Positions 60,416 through 64,000 of a stretch of DNA of 64,000 bases are shown piece after piece. Position 1 is the first letter of the stretch; every line of letters starts with the position of its first letter. Location: positions 8,494,001 to 8,558,000 of the forward strand of contig OZ024763.1 in assembly GCA_964016885.1 (NCBI GenBank), in the 5' to 3' direction. Made by a program: the position numbers and the translations under genes. This DNA is from Eledone cirrhosa (lineage: Eukaryota). The notes below the pieces were generated by a model that was not told the DNA's origin, did not search any database, and saw only the letters and a program-made list of their open reading frames with translations.

Positions 60416-60768
60416 TATACCTTCCTGCCTAATGCTTAATTCGGGATGTTTGTTTACAAACACACCGAGCATTGTAATAAATGTTCGGTGAATTCATATG
60501 TACATATATATATGTGTGCATGTATGTATATATATATACATACTACTGTACGTCTGTATACATATATGTATGTACGTGTACATACTTATATTTAAGTAAC
60601 AGCTGTACTAAGAGTGAGAAATGAAATTTCATTTCATTTTTTCCGTTTATCGTTTTCGGTACCCTGGCCGATTAACTCACTCGATATGCAAATTAGGCTG
60701 CTCAGCCGTTAATATGCATAAGGAAAGTATATACTTTCAGACGTTCAACCATCTGGCAGGAAGGTATG

Positions 60769-60809
60769 CATTGCTGACGATAGCTAATAAGCTTGAAACT
60801 AGTACAGCG
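60769..60809 (+). ncRNA. Minimal type-I hammerhead motif, intact core
   Basis: CATTG-CTGACGA-tAGCTaataAGCTt-GAAA-CTAG-TA-CAGCG. Confidence 0.7.
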
Positions 60810-61521
60810 TTCCTTTGTCAGTATTGAACAAATGAGCAACGATGGTTGCTAGACACTGTACGGCTTAATTCGGGATGTTTGTTTACAAACACACCGAGCA
60901 TTATAATAAATGTTTGGTGAATCCATACGTACATATATATGTGTGCATGTATGTATATATGTATATATATACATACTACTGTAAGTCTGTATACATATAT
61001 GTATGTACGTGTACATGCTTATATTTATATATATATACAACAAAGAAGGTGGTGTGGTACAATACCAAGTGGACCATAAGATACCAAGTCACACTCACTA
61101 GTAGTGAGGGTGACTTTTTGTACCTCTGTTTGTTGTCTCCTTGAACTTAATTTATTTTCTCTCCTTCTTTCTCTCCTCAATAACTTACAAAGTTATGGAC
61201 GCACTGGGGATAGATGCTGTCTTTAATGTGTTGGGATAGGTGCTGTCTTTAATGTGCTGAAACGTCTGAGACCCCCAGCAGACAACTGAAGAGGGGACCC
61301 TTCTCTTGTTTGTGCTTTCCTTTAATTTATATATATGAAGTATTTCCGTAGGAAAGGTAAAGGAAAAGAGAGTGCTCTATGTAAGCTACAGAGCTTTTTA
61401 GTTATGTAATAAACAACATAAGATAATTATTTCATTTACCAGTGGTTTCTTGAAGGCAGATGTTTTCATTCATCAAAAAAATATTTATTTAGGAAATAAT
61501 AATATGGATTTTAAAACAGAG

Positions 61522-61672
61522 AAAGTGTGGTAAGATACCAAGTGGACCATAATGCACCAGAGTACTCAATACTTAGGGTAGTAGAGTGGGTAATAGGAAA
61601 AGAATCAGGACCCCGACGACTGAGCTCCGGCCGTTTCAACAGCTAGATCCGAGTGTTCAGACTTAGCTGTCG
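61522..61672. repeat. Dispersed repeat (also 63648-63834; partial at ~61045-61090)
   Basis: GTGTGGTAAG..ACCA.GTGG.CCATAA...CCAGAGTACTC...GGGTAATAGGAAAAGA.TCAGG. Confidence 0.8.
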
Positions 61673-61719
61673 AGTTCTAGTGGATAAGTAACCCAAAAGG
61701 GCTGAATGAGTTTTCAAAC

Positions 61720-62200
61720 TCCTCTTCTTCTTCTTCTTCTTCTTCTTCTTCTATCTTCTTCGCCCACTTCTTCTTCTTCTCCTTCTTCGCCCACTTATTC
61801 TTCTTTTCTCTCATTCTCTCTAATAATCTCTTTCCTCCCTCTGTCACCCATGTCTCTTTTTTCTTCTTCTTCCTCATATTTTTTTTTCTATTCATTTTTT
61901 CTTTCTTTCTCTCTTCTTCTTCTTCTTCTCCTCCTCCACCTCCTTCTGCAATCTTCTATCTTCTTCTCTGCCCACTTCTTCTTTTCTCTCATTCTCTCTA
62001 ATAATCTCTTTCCTCCCTCTGTCACCCATGTCTCTTTTTTCTTCTTCTTCCTCATATTTCTTTTTCTATTCATTTTTTCTTTCTTTCTCTCTTCTTCTTC
62101 TTCTCCTCCTCCTCCTCCACCTTCTGCAATCTTCTATCTTCTTCTCCTTCTTCACCCACTTCTCCTTCTTCTATCCCCTTCTTCTATCTTCCTTCCTGCT
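61720..62200. repeat. Polypyrimidine (CTT) tract with a 178-bp tandem duplication
   Basis: TAATAATCTCTTTCCTCCCTCTGTCACCCATG at 61821 and 61999. Confidence 0.88.
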
Positions 62201-62707
62201 CTCATCTCCTCACCAATCCCCTTCCTCTCCTCAAGTATATCCTTCCACCACTAAATCACTTCTTCAAACATTACAGAAAACTTCTCTAAACTTTCTCTTG
62301 TCTTTTTAACTCGTTTCTTTTTTCTCACTTCCAGCCTCTTTTATGATATTCTCAGCATCTTTGCTTTTTGTCTTCCTTTCTGTAGTATCTTTTTCTTCAC
62401 AGCAACCATCATCACCATCATCATCAGCAGCAGCAGCATCACCACTTCACACTACCTCCACCAACACTATCATCATCACTATAACCACCAACCCTATCAT
62501 CATCACCATCATGACCCCCATACACCACCACCACCATCACCACCATACACCACGATCACCATCATCATCATCGCCAACACCATCACAGTATCTTAGAAGA
62601 GTTGATATTCGCTAAGCATCATCAGAGAATAAAAATTTGTTTACGAAAAAAGGGTATATATATATGTGTGTGTGTGTTTGTGTGTGTATATATATATATA
62701 TATATAT

Positions 62708-62760
62708 ACTCTTTTACCTGTTTCAGCCATCCGGCTGAGGCCATGCTGGGGCACCGCCCT
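62708..62760 (-). mobile_element. SINE 3'-tail fragment (family 3)
   Basis: Minus strand: GGCGGTGCCCCAGCATGGCCTCAGCCGGATGGCTGAAACAGGTAAAAGAG. Confidence 0.6.
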
Positions 62761-62825
<65 letters not shown>

Positions 62826-62893
62826 GTTATTTTTCTCTAAAAACATTTTTTCCAATTCCAACCCGCCCCTCCCTTCAATCTATCTTATTTCTC

Positions 62894-63040
62894 ATTCTAT
62901 CTTTTGATGAAGGACTAGCGTCTGAAACGTTAAGACCCTCTTCCTGCTATATCAAGCTTTAACCTTATATATTCCTTCCATATACTGTACTGATTGTGTT
63001 GTTATTTCTGTTTACCTTTTACATACACATATATATATAT
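62894..63040 (+). mobile_element. Penelope pLTR-like direct repeat 1 with hammerhead-like motif (62900-62935)
   Basis: TCTT-TTGATGA-aGGACtagcGTCT-GAAA-CG-TT-AAGA; repeated 560 bp downstream. Confidence 0.65.
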
Positions 63041-63052
63041 ATATTTGTGTGA

Positions 63053-63122
<70 letters not shown>

Positions 63123-63195
63123 TATATATATAAATACACACACTCACACACACACACAGAGCAGCCACACAGGTTTTAAATGTAAGCATACATAC

Positions 63196-63341
63196 TTGGA
63201 ATTTGTATGGCTGTTTTGTTGCACATTCTCTGAACAGGTCCATAAATATGTTCGGGGTAGGTAGCGTTGACCACAGATTCTAAAACTGGACAGCCTGGGA
63301 CTCCATTTTCCTTCAAACAGTTTTTAAAGCTTTCCAGAGAT
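63196..63341 (-). CDS. Internal exon (phase 2->1) of the Cys-repeat protein gene
   Basis: TTTTCTGTATTACAG acceptor, GTATGT donor, 146 nt, SLESFKNCLKENGVPGCPVLESVVNATYPEHIYGPVQRMCNKTAIQIP(S); N-glycosylation sequons NAT and NKT. Confidence 0.8.
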
Positions 63342-63453
63342 CTGTAATACAGAAAATAATACAATATCCAAGATGGTTGACTAAAAATACATTCACTTCC
63401 GATTCTTCCAATTCTTACCCTCATCTATAATTTCTATTTCTTTTTTATCTCTA

Positions 63454-63597
63454 ATTCTATCTTTTGATGAAGGACTAGCGTCCGAAACGTTAAGACCCTC
63501 TTCCTGCTATTTCAAGCGTTAACCTAATATATTCCTTCCATATACTGTACCGATTGTGTTGTTATTTCTGTTTACCTTTTACATACATATATATATA
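63454..63597 (+). mobile_element. Penelope pLTR-like direct repeat 2 with hammerhead-like motif (63460-63495)
   Basis: TCTT-TTGATGA-aGGACtagcGTCC-GAAA-CG-TT-AAGA. Confidence 0.65.
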
Positions 63598-63601
63598 CCC
63601 T

Positions 63602-63641
<40 letters not shown>

Positions 63642-63721
63642 TAACGAAGGAAGTGTGGTAAGGAACCAGGTGGGCCATAACGAACCAGAGTACTCGATAT
63701 TATGAGTAGTAGGGTGGGTAA

Positions 63722-63830
63722 TAGGAAAAGAGTCAGGAGCCCGATGGCTGAGCTCTAGCCATTTCGACAGCTAGATCTGAACTAGCTGTCGAAACGGCTG
63801 GAGCTCAGCCGTCGGGTTCCTGACTCTTTT

Positions 63831-63834
<4 letters not shown>
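63722..63834. repeat. ~113-bp palindrome within a dispersed repeat
   Basis: TAGGAAAAGAGTCAGGAGCCCGATGGCTGAGCTCTAGCCATTTCGACAGCTAG / CTAGCTGTCGAAACGGCTGGAGCTCAGCCGTCGGGTTCCTGACTCTTTTCCTA. Confidence 0.92.
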
Positions 63835-63893
<59 letters not shown>

Positions 63894-64000
63894 GAAAGGT
63901 ATAGAAATTATTGTAGCAAGAAGCCAACAGTACTCCAGAATATATAAGTGACTATAGCGTCAAAATGGAAAAATAGTTAACATAAGATGTGGGAAAATAA

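Larger units (their letters stand above)
60097..61025. mobile_element. Non-autonomous Penelope/retrozyme-like element: inverted arm plus partial tandem of a ~429-bp monomer
   Basis: GCTTAATTCGGGATG at 60434 and 60863; inverted copy at 60097-60430; two hammerhead motifs; no RT ORF. Confidence 0.75.

Noticed and set aside
61255-61300. GAAACGTC...CTGAAGA hammerhead-like words
   Set aside because: Order is reversed for type I and I could not build convincing stems for type II or III
58605-62615. His/Pro/Thr/Leu/Glu-rich ORFs
   Set aside because: Trinucleotide and polypyrimidine tracts without splice or domain support
63176-63424. Penelope RT fragment (PGCPV resembling PGRPIV)
   Set aside because: Better explained as a host exon: canonical splice sites, phase compatibility and Cys spacing shared with 45742-45893

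Overview
AT-rich, repeat-dominated eukaryotic genomic DNA, most likely octopus or another coleoid cephalopod (inferred from the SINE sequences and very long (TA)n arrays; not verified by search). Nearly all ORFs in the supplied track are microsatellite translations. Main contents: (1) a ~29 kb mirror-symmetric satellite block, 71-bp satellite > 41/30-bp satellite > 200-N gap < 41/30-bp satellite < 71-bp satellite; (2) three phase-compatible exons (63196-63341, 48464-48593, 45742-45893) plus candidate terminal exons of a minus-strand gene encoding a repeated six-cysteine, probably extracellular domain; (3) tRNA-derived SINEs, a CORE-SINE sharing its 3' tail with an RTE-type LINE relic, a second RTE relic, a CRE-clade relic, a mariner-type MITE and a 5.6 kb 10/20-bp minisatellite; (4) about nine minimal type-I hammerhead-ribozyme motifs of the Penelope/retrozyme kind from about five unrelated sequence families. 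Several short palindromes fold back at hammerhead cores, and the 71-bp satellite monomer resembles a decayed hammerhead. All alignments were done by eye and repeat boundaries are approximate.
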